A DNA stretch of 64,000 bases from a virus (taxonomy: Duplodnaviria > Heunggongvirae > Uroviricota > Caudoviricetes). The notes beneath the pieces are model-generated. The model was not told where the DNA came from. It saw only the letters and a program-made list of their open reading frames with translations, and made no database searches. The position numbers were made by a program, and so were the translations under genes. The stretch lies in IMG/VR virus record IMGVR_UViG_3300024341_000001; one strand, given 5' to 3'. This document shows positions 28,537-38,822 of this stretch, in pieces (the stretch's first letter is position 1; the number at the start of each line of letters is the position of its first letter).

Positions 28537-28812
28537 ATGACAAAAGCAGAGATTGTAATGGAGAAATTAGCGTTAAGTTCAGAATTATATGAGCGTGCTT
28601 TTTTAAAGGCTCAGCGAATAGGTAATAAACGGCAGATGCGGCTTTTTCGTAAAGCACAAGATAAAGCGTTGGACCGCGAGATTAAAACATTATTAGGCCC
28701 TGATTTTGTAAAACGACAAGGTGAAAATAAAGTCCGACAAAAAAAGCTATATGGCACAGACGGTGTGTCAGAATGGAATAGTGTTGGCGGTACGTTTATA
28801 AATAGAAAATAA
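28537..28812 (+). CDS. putative small terminase subunit
   Basis: 91-aa basic helical protein immediately upstream of TerL; position-based only. Confidence 0.25.
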   Translation: MTKAEIVMEKLALSSELYERAFLKAQRIGNKRQMRLFRKAQDKALDREIKTLLGPDFVKRQGENKVRQKKLYGTDGVSEWNSVGGTFINRK

Positions 28813-28814
28813 TT

Positions 28815-31475
28815 ATGTTACAATTTAAATTATCAGACTTCGTACAAAAGTTTTTTTATCTTAATAATGAACCATTCAGTTTGGATGACTATCCACACAT
28901 GAAATTGATTTATGATATTGATCCAATGAAGTTGTGTTTACATACGAGTCGCCAAGTCGCTAAATCTACCACGCTGTCAAATTTCATGTTAGCTAAATGT
29001 ATTTTAATGCCATATGTTAGCAACAGGCATAAGGGTGGATTTAAAATTTTGGCAGTATCGCCCACTGTTGAACAGGTACGCGTATTTTCATATGATCGTG
29101 TTGATACTGTTATAGAACAAAGCCCGATATTTAAAAAATATTTTGTAAGTAGTTCCACAATTCAAAACGTATTCCAAAAACGTTTCCTTAATGGTAGTGT
29201 TATTTATTTACGTTATGGATCTGCAACTGCCGATCGTATTCGTGGTATATCTGCTGACATGAATTGTTTTGATGCAAATACAGAAATTCTCACCGAGAAT
29301 GGTTGGAAATTATTTAAAAATCTTCTCGACGATGAAAGAGTTGCTACAGTAAATGACAAAACGGGAATGGTAGAATATCATTTACCCGATATGTATATCC
29401 AAAAAGCATATCAAGGTAAACTAGTTAAATTTACGCAGCGCAGTTTTAATCTTTGCGTGACCCCTGATCATATAATGAACGTATCACAGGAATTAAGTAC
29501 TGGTTACTATCAGAATCCAAAAGTTAAAGGCTGGTTTAATATAAAAGCACAACAGTTAGCAGGAAAAAATTTTAAATTAGGTGTTAGGGGAAATTGGGAG
29601 TCAGCCAATCCCGTCGATTTTTAATTACCTGAACAAATTGTTGCAAATAAGTTAGACGGATCTCCGTATAAATATCCCAAAAAGATACCCAGTTTTTCAG
29701 CGCCATTGAAAATTTTCATGCAATTTATGGGGTGGTTTTTAGCTGAGGGGTATATATCTCCTGCGGGACAAATACGTATAATACAAAACGAAGGTGCATA
29801 CTCAGACGAAATTCGACATTGCTTAACAGCAATGGGAGTTAAATGGGGCGTTGTTGCCAGACATAATAAAAATGCTGTATGTAATACATTTTACTTTGCA
29901 AACGCTGCTTTATCTAGATACTTATATGCTTTGGGCACCTCGCATGATAAATATATACCTAGGGAATTATTAAATTACATACAATATCTACCGGACCTTT
30001 TAAATGCCTTATATAAAGGAGATGCCATGCATGTACAAGACTTCGGTCATAACGGGGGACAGTTAGTTACAGCATCAATCGAGTTAGCAAATACAGTACA
30101 GGAGGCATGGCTTCGCTTGGGGTATCTTTGTAGTATTAGAAGTCGAAAACCAGCATATAACGGAACAATTTTATATAACGTCGGACGCTATAAAAAAGAC
30201 AGCATAATATTTTGGAACGGATATACAAATAATTCGCGCATCGAATATATAGATTACATTGGACCAGTTTATTGTGTCGGCGTAAAGAATCACTTGATTT
30301 TTGTAAGAGATGCGATAGAAAAGTTACCTATAGTGTGTCATCAGTGTCTGGACGAAATCCAAGATATTCCCGATGATAACATCGATGTCATTGAACAAAC
30401 AATGGCGCGATCATTTTACAAACATTCGATATATGCAGGAACTCCAAAACATATTATCGGGCCATTAGCAAATCGATGGCGTCAGACTACTAGAAATGAA
30501 TGGATTGCAAAATGCCAGCATTGTGAGAAACAAAACTTTCTTGACGAAGAAAACATTCAACCATGGGGGCTTGCTTGTAGATATTGCAAAATGTCTCTAG
30601 ACGCGCGCAACGGACAATGGGTGCGTACAAATCCCGAATCAGACAAATCTATTCATGATGGATCGTACTTGTTTGAGGGGTTTAGAGTTAGTGTTTTAAT
30701 GTTTGCCCACGCGCCTTGGGTAAATTGGCAGACGGATGTTTATATACCATTTCAAACAAAATCCAAAGGCGTATTTTTTAACGAGTATCTAGGGCTACCA
30801 TATGATGCCGGTGTCGCTCCAGTAACCGAAGAGGAAATTAAAGCATGTTGCACTGGTGGGCCAATGATTCAGGAACCAGATCGTCGCACCAGAGATTATC
30901 CCACGTTTATGGGAATGGACTGGGGGCCAATTAACAGCGAAATGTCAAAAACGTTGATGACAATTTCGCAACGTCGCGGTGATGTTACAGAAATAATCTA
31001 CCTACATAAGTATGAAGGTAAAGAAGCTGATTATGCTTATCTACATGAGCATATACCGGCAGAATATTACAGATGGGGCTGTGCATTAATAGGAGCTGAT
31101 GCCGGTTTTGGTGAGGCAGTGAATGCTGAAGTACGAAATCGTATAAATGATAAAACCAGATTAATAGCATTTCAACATGTGCCGAATCAAAAACAACGTG
31201 GTCAGTTCAATGGGCATATTCAGGCATATACCTTATCTCGCAACACCGTGATGACTGATTTATTTACTAAGATAAAACAGCGGAAGATCGTTTTCCCGCA
31301 ATGGAGTGACTTTCAATATTATGCGAAAGATATACTGGCTATTGCGATTGAATATAACGAAGAAAAGAACACGTACAGATATATTAAGTCTGCCGCCGAC
31401 GACACCTTCCATAGCATTTTGTATGGAGACCTGGCTGCAGAATTATATTACCGTGCCTCTGCATTTAATAATTAA
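28815..31475 (+). CDS. terL: terminase large subunit (ATPase-nuclease), interrupted by an intein
   Basis: Walker A TSRQVAKSTT. The spliced junction ...ISADMN|CLDEIQD restores the Walker B hhhhDE motif. The C-extein carries a nuclease-type domain. N-extein = 28815..29264, C-extein = 30345..31475. There is an in-frame TAA at 29622..29624 inside the intein. Confidence 0.85.
29265..30344 (+). mobile_element. intein with LAGLIDADG homing-endonuclease domain (C-terminal Gln variant)
   Basis: Block A CFDANTEILTENGW (Cys1). Block B LCVTPDHIMNV (TxxH). LAGLIDADG motifs FMGWFLAEGYI and LLNALYKGDAM. Block G VYCVGVKNHLIFV, ending CHQ followed by the +1 Cys. 1080 nt = 360 codons. Confidence 0.8.
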
Positions 31476-31486
31476 TAAAGAACTAT

Positions 31487-31864
31487 ATGAAGACACCTAT
31501 TAAACGTTTTTCAAGGCTTACCGATACTTCCGGCAACGCGGTAAATGAAAGATTAACTAAACTTTATCTAAACACAAAAAGGACCGAAGCGCATCAACCA
31601 TTAGCTACTCCTAAAACAGTGCTAGAGTCAGCTAAACAAATAGCTAACGTATTTCACAACTTAAACCCCGAAGAACGGGAAGTAGCAAAAAAAGTGGTAT
31701 TTTCATACGCAGGTGTCGAAAAAATAGGTAGTAATAATCGTACTACTCCTGGCTGTATTAATGCTATTGGTATGAAACGCACTGCTCCCGGGTTTAAAGG
31801 TATAAATGCAAGCAAGATCGCTGCATTCAAAACAGAATTACTTAAGGTCTTGACTGAGAGTTAA
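31487..31864 (+). CDS. hypothetical protein
   Basis: 125 aa. Confidence 0.35.
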   Translation: MKTPIKRFSRLTDTSGNAVNERLTKLYLNTKRTEAHQPLATPKTVLESAKQIANVFHNLNPEEREVAKKVVFSYAGVEKIGSNNRTTPGCINAIGMKRTAPGFKGINASKIAAFKTELLKVLTES

Positions 31865-31900
31865 GATTTTTGTATAATCTACTATAGGAGAATCAATTAC

Positions 31901-32848
31901 ATGGTATCAAGTTATGAATTAGAACTCTTTGCTAAACAAGCAGCAACAGAGTACCTGAAAGACGGAAAGTCGCTAAATGAGTCGATCATAAAAATTGCGG
32001 CGGATAATGGATTAAATCAAGCACAAGTAGCTAGGGTAATCGAAGCTGCCAACACCGATGTGTATATGAATTTATTTAACAAGAGTGATGAGAAATATAT
32101 ACAATTTGATACTGCAGATCCAATAGCTATTCAGGCCGCAACTACATCGACAAAGACGGCCGAAACTAAAAATTATAATATCGATTATTACGAAGCTCCA
32201 GAATACGAAGTTCCTGAGTTTGCACCTATTTTTGAAAAGGTCGCAGAAACTCAGCCGCAAGAAGCTGCAGATGCTAAGTTAAAAGACTATTGGCGTTTTA
32301 AGGCAGCTGAAGCAACTATATTGGGAATGATTACTGATGGTCAATTATTGTTTGCAAAGGAAGCGTGCGTTCTGGAAGACATGATAAAACAAGCAGTACT
32401 TGGTGGCACAAGTTATAACGATATTAGTGCGGCACTTAGTATAAATAATGACCCGATATTTGTTGAAACGTTAAAGGAAGTGGAAACCAGGTTAACTTCC
32501 AATATGCCGATTGGATCTATGACAAAAACAGCGGATGTGGCTTATACACATCCGGTAAACACACGCCATCCTTTGTTTCAACAATCGTTATTGTTAATAA
32601 AGATTGCTAATGAGTATAAAACACTGCAAGATAAACTTGCACAACTATACGAAGAATGGGAACTTTATAAACTTGGTGGAGTAATTGGTGAGACAGTGAA
32701 AAAAGTTTTAAAGCACCCAGCAGTATTTGGTACTGGTCTAGCTGTTGGTACTGGAATAGGCGCATTAGCACTTCCAGTTGTGGCTAAGGAAACAATAAAA
32801 CGAGAAAATAGCCCGTTACACAATATTCCAGTAAACTATCGAGGATAA
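31901..32848 (+). CDS. hypothetical virion-module protein with C-terminal Gly-zipper TM
   Basis: AGGAGA SD; AVFGTGLAVGTGIGALALPVV. Confidence 0.35.
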   Translation: MVSSYELELFAKQAATEYLKDGKSLNESIIKIAADNGLNQAQVARVIEAANTDVYMNLFNKSDEKYIQFDTADPIAIQAATTSTKTAETKNYNIDYYEAPEYEVPEFAPIFEKVAETQPQEAADAKLKDYWRFKAAEATILGMITDGQLLFAKEACVLEDMIKQAVLGGTSYNDISAALSINNDPIFVETLKEVETRLTSNMPIGSMTKTADVAYTHPVNTRHPLFQQSLLLIKIANEYKTLQDKLAQLYEEWELYKLGGVIGETVKKVLKHPAVFGTGLAVGTGIGALALPVVAKETIKRENSPLHNIPVNYRG

Positions 32849-32849
32849 T

Positions 32850-33422
32850 ATGTCAGCACTAGGAAAATTTATTGAATTATATAAAGCCGGAAAAATTCGC
32901 CCAAGCACAATGGCGAAGGCAGCTGCATTTAAAGAGGAACTAGAAAAAGTTGCGACACCAGACATATCGACCTTTTTACGTTATCTGGCCACTGGATTGG
33001 CAGTAAGTACTGGACTAGGATTAGCAGCAGGTGCGGCAAAGATTGGTATAGGACTTTATGAAAAAAGTGTTATTGAATCTCAAAAAGATACCCTCTTTAA
33101 AGAAGTATTAAAACTACATCCTGATTTAACCAGTAATAAAGAACGTGCCAAATTATATTTTGAAGCATTGATACACTTTTCACCGGCTGTTGCACAGAAC
33201 CCACTTACCGCTGGTGCATACATTCGACAAGCACTGCAATATGATCATGTTGCAGGAGGTCCATTACCGGCAAGTGTTGGTGAACTAACACAGATACAAA
33301 AACAAACTATGGAAGCAAAAAAGAATGCACCACCATCAATACTAGGTTCAGTATTAAGCGGTTTGACTGAGGCACCGAGTAAATCAGTGCCAAGTTTTAT
33401 GACGTATCATGATTTTCAATAA
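32850..33422 (+). CDS. hypothetical protein with Gly-zipper TM
   Basis: LATGLAVSTGLGLAAGAAKIGIGL. Confidence 0.3.
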   Translation: MSALGKFIELYKAGKIRPSTMAKAAAFKEELEKVATPDISTFLRYLATGLAVSTGLGLAAGAAKIGIGLYEKSVIESQKDTLFKEVLKLHPDLTSNKERAKLYFEALIHFSPAVAQNPLTAGAYIRQALQYDHVAGGPLPASVGELTQIQKQTMEAKKNAPPSILGSVLSGLTEAPSKSVPSFMTYHDFQ

Positions 33423-33425
33423 CCT

Positions 33426-35192
33426 ATGATAAAATTTACAAGTTTTGATTTACATAACGATTCCGGAACTTTTATTCAATTCTGGTCAGACTCGTTAACG
33501 AAGACTGCTGAATATTCACAAGAACTCCGTGATCGTGTAAAAGGGCTCGAAAAGAAAGCAAGCAAGACGTATGTGCTTGTTAACGCAATGGGATCTGGCG
33601 AATTCTGGGGTCCAAATCGCAATGGCGATTATTTCCCCGACTTGTCGTTATGTCGTGATCACAAGACATTTGAAAAACTTGGGCACGCATACAAGCATCA
33701 TGTGAACAAAGATCCCTTGAAAAGTTTTGGTCAGGTAAAGATCGCGGTATTCAATCCCGATATGCATCGTGTCGAACTAGTGCTTGAGCTTGACAATGAA
33801 CGGGCAAAAGAAATTCTTGATCGTATAGAAAAAGGCGAATATCCAGCAGTGTCTATGGGGGTAAAAGTTCCCTTTGACACATGCAGTATATGTAAGAAAA
33901 AAAGCAAGCGCGTGTCTGACTATTGTGATCATTTAAAAAATCAAATGGGCATTACATTACCAGACGGTCAAAAAATTTACGCTATAAATGATACTGATTT
34001 GAAATTTTTTGATATTAGTTTTGTACGAATTCCAGCCGATCGTACCGCTAGTGTACTTAGTAAAATTGCATCTGTACAAGCTGAAATTCCATCAGCAGTA
34101 ATAGCGCAACAGTTCTTCAAAGAATCAGGTGTAAAAGAATCAGCTATAAATAAATTGGTTGATGGTACAATAGCGGCTGTTGATGCGGATCCGAAGCGTT
34201 TAATATACGCATCACAACAACCGATGCCTAAAGAAGAATTAAAAGAAGTAGTAGCAAAATATGCATCTAATGAAATTCTTTCGACTATGTTGGGTATGCG
34301 TATAGTTCCGACTCCGACAGAATTTCAATACATTATTCTATCAAAGGGCGGGCAAGAAAAATTAGCCGAGTCGTGTTACGACTCTAACATATCATTAATG
34401 GATATGGATGAAGATCCTGAATTTCCAAATGATATATCACTTCAAAACTTTAATGACGAACTAGCCCAAAAAATTGCTCATTGGGCACCAGGTATGTCAT
34501 TAACAGTTCCTCATGTTATAAAACGTGTTTTGATAAAACGGGCCGAACTCACTACAGAGTCATCGCCCGTAGCAATTACTATTAATCCAGGAGTTCATGC
34601 CCCAACCTTGAAACGTCCGGCGGAATCTACTTTTGCTCCTATAAAAAATCCGTTGATGCCGTTATTGGGTTTGGGCGCATTGTATATTGGTTACAATGCC
34701 TTGATGGATAAGATTGGGCTGACTGGAAAAACTCTTGCGGAAACGGGAAACTTTGAAAAATTTCTCCTATCAAAACCATGGCTTATTCCTATCGTGTTGG
34801 GTGCGGCAGCAGCCGGCACTGTTGGAATCCAAGATCTTATGTTTAATAAGACCGCGGCTATCATACGTCCACATTTTTTGAAACGTTTGCTTATGGCTGT
34901 GCCAGCATCGTATATCTATGCTGGATCACAAGAAGCAAAACTTCAGAAAGGTGAGCCGATAACTGAATTTGGAGACTTCGTACGACGTCATCCATTTCTA
35001 GCTGGCGCGGGCGGCACATTTACCCTAGGCCAGCTTCACAAGATAATGAAAATGCCCCCTATCGGGGTCATGGCAAAAACATCCGAATACTCTTTGGATG
35101 CAATAGATCGTCTTATCTTGGGATTGAAGCCAGACAAACTAGAAAAATTTTACAACGACGTTATAGATTACATCCCTATTGACATTAAGTAA
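33426..35192 (+). CDS. large head-morphogenesis protein (portal or protease/scaffold-fusion candidate)
   Basis: 588 aa; lies between terminase and scaffold-like genes; CSIC...CDH Zn knuckle; no diagnostic motif. Confidence 0.3.
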   Translation: MIKFTSFDLHNDSGTFIQFWSDSLTKTAEYSQELRDRVKGLEKKASKTYVLVNAMGSGEFWGPNRNGDYFPDLSLCRDHKTFEKLGHAYKHHVNKDPLKSFGQVKIAVFNPDMHRVELVLELDNERAKEILDRIEKGEYPAVSMGVKVPFDTCSICKKKSKRVSDYCDHLKNQMGITLPDGQKIYAINDTDLKFFDISFVRIPADRTASVLSKIASVQAEIPSAVIAQQFFKESGVKESAINKLVDGTIAAVDADPKRLIYASQQPMPKEELKEVVAKYASNEILSTMLGMRIVPTPTEFQYIILSKGGQEKLAESCYDSNISLMDMDEDPEFPNDISLQNFNDELAQKIAHWAPGMSLTVPHVIKRVLIKRAELTTESSPVAITINPGVHAPTLKRPAESTFAPIKNPLMPLLGLGALYIGYNALMDKIGLTGKTLAETGNFEKFLLSKPWLIPIVLGAAAAGTVGIQDLMFNKTAAIIRPHFLKRLLMAVPASYIYAGSQEAKLQKGEPITEFGDFVRRHPFLAGAGGTFTLGQLHKIMKMPPIGVMAKTSEYSLDAIDRLILGLKPDKLEKFYNDVIDYIPIDIK

Positions 35193-35239
35193 ATTTTTCG
35201 TTAATATTTAACACAATTTAATTAGGAGAACTTTCTACT

Positions 35240-35806
35240 ATGCCTATCGATTTACAAGAAATCATCAATCGCATCACTTTAGAAAAGAATGCGCAAGAAG
35301 CAGTTCCTGAACCAGTACCAGCAGCAACAGAGCCAGCACCAGTAGTTGCGGAGCCGGCACCAGTTGTACCGGCGGCAACACCAGCACCAGTACCGGCACC
35401 AGCTGTAACAGAACCAACTTTAGAAGAACAACAGAAAGTTGCAGCAGAGATGGACGAAGCAGGCCGAGTAATGGCACGTGCATTTCACGATGAACTGTAT
35501 AAATTGGCAGTCGGCGCACATGGATATGTTGAAACCAAAGCCGAAGATCCAGCCAGTCCAGCGCAAATTTCTTTGAAACCAGAGAGACAAGAAAATGCGA
35601 TGAAAGCAGTTTCTATTATTCAGCAACTAACTGCGGGTGAAAGACTAAAAGGACCCGAGGGCTACATCCAAGTAAATGGTCAACCAACAGTACCAACCGC
35701 ACCTGAATTGCCAGTTGAAGAACATCCAACTGCATATGATCAATCAAAGAATGCAAGTGCAAAAATTATCACGGCCGTTTATAACAAGTTTTTCGGAGGT
35801 AACTAA
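35240..35806 (+). CDS. scaffolding-like acidic protein with Pro/Ala/Val repeat
   Basis: AGGAG SD; PAPV low-complexity repeats; EEQQKVAAEMDEAGRVMARAF motif shared with the next gene. Confidence 0.4.
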   Translation: MPIDLQEIINRITLEKNAQEAVPEPVPAATEPAPVVAEPAPVVPAATPAPVPAPAVTEPTLEEQQKVAAEMDEAGRVMARAFHDELYKLAVGAHGYVETKAEDPASPAQISLKPERQENAMKAVSIIQQLTAGERLKGPEGYIQVNGQPTVPTAPELPVEEHPTAYDQSKNASAKIITAVYNKFFGGN

Positions 35807-36107
35807 TATGGGTTTACTTCAAGTTCACGAACAGATGCTGAAAGAAGCAGCAGAAAAAGAACAACAGACAAAATTAGCCGAAGAGCGCGTACGTATTATT
35901 GAGAAATACGCATCTGCTGCTAAAGATCTTATGGTCCAGAATTATCCAAAGGATCATACTGACGAAGATGTTGCGCAATTAACTGAACTCATGATCAACC
36001 ATGATTTACAGGTTGAGGAAGAGCAACAGAAGGTTGCCGAACTCGAAGAAGCAGGTCGCATCATGGCACGTGCTTTTGTTGAGGAAGTAACAAAAGAAGG
36101 TAAGTAA
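35807..36107 (+). CDS. scaffolding-like protein, paralog of 35240..35806
   Basis: GGAGG SD then ATG at about 35807 (coordinate +/-1); EEEQQKVAELEEAGRIMARAF duplicates the upstream motif; the ORF-track entry 35676.. is an upstream extension of this frame. Confidence 0.4.
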
Positions 36108-36109
36108 TC

Positions 36110-36484
36110 ATGCTTTCTGTAGAAAATCAAGAAGCCGTTATAGTAAAGGCCTTTTTTCAGGAATTTGAAAAAACAGCTGGACCTAAATGGAATTTATTTA
36201 AAACTCGAGTATTCGGTACGATAGCGGATGTTGCCGCTGCAAAGCAACAAAAAGTAAAAGGTAAAGTACAAACTTTTATAAATGAAGTGCAAAAGGAATT
36301 AAATGAGACACCAACTTTTGTACAAAGAAGCAAGGTTATCGAGGAACAAGAGAAGAAAAATAAAAATCTATTAGGTACTGCAGCTGCTCTTGGTTTGGGT
36401 GCAGCGGGTTTTGGTTATTATCAATACAAGAGGGATTTAAATGATAGACTTGCAACAAATTATCCGCAAGTCAGCCGAGGCTAA
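36110..36484 (+). CDS. hypothetical head-module protein
   Basis: 124 aa; C-terminal Gly-zipper. Confidence 0.3.
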   Translation: MLSVENQEAVIVKAFFQEFEKTAGPKWNLFKTRVFGTIADVAAAKQQKVKGKVQTFINEVQKELNETPTFVQRSKVIEEQEKKNKNLLGTAAALGLGAAGFGYYQYKRDLNDRLATNYPQVSRG

Positions 36485-36647
36485 ACCTCAACCTCTTGCC
36501 TCTACACCAGACGAAGATGTAGAGAAACTAGCAGAAGCTTTGGAAGCATTTGCTGAAGAAGACACGCTGCTAGACAAGTTAGCAGAATTAGCAGTTGTAG
36601 CCGATTATTTAGAAGGAAAGTATAATGGTCGACAAACAACTACTTAA
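36441..36647 (+). CDS. small acidic protein
   Basis: 68 aa. Confidence 0.25.
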   Translation: MIDLQQIIRKSAEAKPQPLASTPDEDVEKLAEALEAFAEEDTLLDKLAELAVVADYLEGKYNGRQTTT

Positions 36648-36957
36648 AACTGCAGCGAACACTTTACGTACTTTAAGTCGTGAACGTAATGAAGCGATTC
36701 AAAAACTTGCACGATATGAAAAGGCGGAGGAGCTGATTCGAAAGTTGTTGACTACTCAGGAATTTGAAGCAAGTGATGTTTTGCAAAAGGTTTCTGAGTT
36801 CAAGCAAATGGCTCTGGAAGAGTTGGAGACAGCGATAAAAGCGCTTGACATGATAAAAGGCGGTACATTAAAGTTAGGATCGCTTACTGAAACACCAGCT
36901 CCCGGAGGTCAAATAGACAATCTAACTTATTATTTATTATATGGAGACAGTAATTAA
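36625..36957 (+). CDS. coiled-coil protein
   Basis: 110 aa. Confidence 0.3.
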   Translation: MVDKQLLKTAANTLRTLSRERNEAIQKLARYEKAEELIRKLLTTQEFEASDVLQKVSEFKQMALEELETAIKALDMIKGGTLKLGSLTETPAPGGQIDNLTYYLLYGDSN

Positions 36958-36959
36958 CT

Positions 36960-37403
36960 ATGTTTAAAATATTCAGCGATATTTCGTTAGTTCTTAGAAA
37001 AGAATTAACATTATCACAATCAGGCGCTGGTCAAGTGTTATCTTCGGGTGTTCAGGGATCATGGGTTACACTAAACGCTAGTAATGAAGCGACCCTGACA
37101 CAAGCTGCCACAGGATTAGCATGGCCTATTTGGAACGAATCATATCGAACCGGCTTAGTAGGCTGGACACCAGATGTGGTTAACACCAAAAAAGTGACTG
37201 TCATTGTTGGTAAAGTATTTGCAACGACAGATCAATATTTATCAACTCCAAGTTTAGGTGATCCTCTAAAGACTGGCGCGGGTGGAAAACTTGCAACAGC
37301 AACTTTAGGAACAGATCACATTGTGGCTTTTTGCGTGAAAGCCCCGTATTCACTCACGTACCTCGGAACAACGTATACCGTTATCGATATTCAGACTGTC
37401 TAA
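36960..37403 (+). CDS. hypothetical head protein (decoration/Ig-like?)
   Basis: 147 aa, beta-rich. Confidence 0.3.
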   Translation: MFKIFSDISLVLRKELTLSQSGAGQVLSSGVQGSWVTLNASNEATLTQAATGLAWPIWNESYRTGLVGWTPDVVNTKKVTVIVGKVFATTDQYLSTPSLGDPLKTGAGGKLATATLGTDHIVAFCVKAPYSLTYLGTTYTVIDIQTV

Positions 37404-37415
37404 GGAGATTAGAAA

Positions 37416-38330
37416 ATGGAAAGTGTAAACACTAAAGCATTGAACGAAATTTTCGTTAACCGCCTTGATACTGAATTAGAGAAGGTGGCACAAGAGGTTG
37501 GTCAGTATATTCGTACCAAATTGCGTGAGAACGCATTTTCTCGCAAAATTATTAACCCACAATATGTAACTAAGGCTGATTTACAGCGTACTACATTACA
37601 CGAGCAATTAGTTAAAATCGTTGACATCGAACCGGATGCAGGTGCAATGATGATTACTCTACGCGGACAACCAGACGTTCAATACGTTGAAGGCGACCGT
37701 GCAGAGGTTTCTTTCTTTGGTATTAGTTCGAAAGAATTCCAAAAGGTTGAAGAAGAGCTATTAGCATATGAAATGCCAATAACTGAACTAGTTGAACGTA
37801 ATGCAGTAAAAGAGATCATGAAGATTGAAGATACAGCATTCATGACTGCAGTAGCAGCAGCAGTTGCAGCTTCGAGTAAGACGGTAACGTACACAACCAC
37901 AACTTCAGGAATTATGGAGTTGAACATGTTCACAAAACTATTCAACAAGATGGAAGATTCCACAACTGGAACAAATCCATTGGTAGTTGATGTAGTGTTA
38001 ATGAACCAAGCAGATTACAATAAACTAGCTACACTACCTGCAACGACAGTAGGTTCGCCGGCTGCAAGTGAAGTGTATATTAACGGTTTTAAATACGCAA
38101 CAATTTTGGGCAAAAAGTTCGTAACGACAATTAAGGGCGATTTGGTTCCAGAAGGCACAATGTATGCGTTCGCACCTCAGGAATTTATGGGTAAATTCTA
38201 TGTCCTAAACGATGTTAAATTCTGGATAGAGAAGAAACGTAACCTGATTAAGTGGTCCGCATATGAGACCATTGGTATGGCTATTATCAACAACAAGGCA
38301 GTTGCAAAATTAACTTGGTCAAATGCATAA
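37416..38330 (+). CDS. major capsid protein candidate
   Basis: Strong AAGGAG SD. 304 aa. Downstream of the scaffold genes. Followed by a strong terminator. Fits the portal-scaffold-capsid order. Confidence 0.5.
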   Translation: MESVNTKALNEIFVNRLDTELEKVAQEVGQYIRTKLRENAFSRKIINPQYVTKADLQRTTLHEQLVKIVDIEPDAGAMMITLRGQPDVQYVEGDRAEVSFFGISSKEFQKVEEELLAYEMPITELVERNAVKEIMKIEDTAFMTAVAAAVAASSKTVTYTTTTSGIMELNMFTKLFNKMEDSTTGTNPLVVDVVLMNQADYNKLATLPATTVGSPAASEVYINGFKYATILGKKFVTTIKGDLVPEGTMYAFAPQEFMGKFYVLNDVKFWIEKKRNLIKWSAYETIGMAIINNKAVAKLTWSNA

Positions 38331-38356
38331 CATTTGGTAAAAGCGGTACATTATTT

Positions 38357-38388
38357 TAAAGGCCAACAGATTTGTTGGCCTTTTTTAT
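38357..38388 (+). terminator. rho-independent terminator
   Basis: GGCCAACA-gatt-TGTTGGCC followed by TTTTTTA. Confidence 0.75.
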
Positions 38389-38391
38389 TAG

Positions 38392-38420
38392 TTGACATTT
38401 ATATAATTTTTTAGTATATT
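38392..38420 (+). promoter_or_regulatory. consensus sigma70-type promoter TTGACA-N17-TATATT
   Basis: perfect -35, 17-nt spacer, then AGGAG SD and ATG 38434. Confidence 0.65.
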
Positions 38421-38433
38421 AATAGGAGAACAA

Positions 38434-38814
38434 ATGCAAGATATTAAAAATATCGATGATTTTACTATTGGTGACACGTATTCTTTAACCCGCACGTTGA
38501 GTACAGTGCCTGGCAGCCATATTGTAACAGATGCTTTCTGGACCGTTAAATCTGATGTTGATCTTCCTGATGTAGATGCTGTATTTTCAATTCATATAAC
38601 AAGGTATACGACAGCCTCGGGTATAGGTGAGGTTACAAATAACGCTGACGGTTCAGCACAATTACAATTTATTGCAGAGCCCACTGTGTCGCTATTAATG
38701 GATGGAGCCAGTGTATATTATTATGATATACATATCAACTTAGACTCCGGCGAAAAGTATATGGTGGAGAATGGCAAGTTATTTACCAATAGGATTGTTC
38801 GTCGTACACATTAA
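38434..38814 (+). CDS. small, probably highly expressed virion protein
   Basis: 126 aa, beta-rich; own strong promoter plus SD. Confidence 0.35.
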   Translation: MQDIKNIDDFTIGDTYSLTRTLSTVPGSHIVTDAFWTVKSDVDLPDVDAVFSIHITRYTTASGIGEVTNNADGSAQLQFIAEPTVSLLMDGASVYYYDIHINLDSGEKYMVENGKLFTNRIVRRTH

Positions 38815-38822
38815 GAGGCACT

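Noticed and set aside
29706-31475. ORF-track ATG 29706 as an independent gene start (free-standing LAGLIDADG endonuclease fused to the terminase C-terminus)
   Set aside because: Sense codons with intein-like sequence continue in the same frame for 27 codons upstream, back to the TAA. There is no Shine-Dalgarno. The Hint blocks A/B lie in the upstream ORF and Block G lies in this one. It is therefore one intein interrupted by a stop, not a separate gene.
32850-35192. Same-frame ORF pairs separated by one stop (32850..33422 + 33426..35192; 24995..25891 + 25901..26605) as further readthrough cases
   Set aside because: The junctions do not fall inside any recognisable conserved domain. Same-frame adjacency is expected for about one third of neighbouring genes. 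This is more simply translational coupling.
35300-35420. Short tandem repeats as a CRISPR array
   Set aside because: The repeats are inside a coding region, are imperfect, are only about 11 nt long and lack spacers. They encode a PAPV low-complexity segment.
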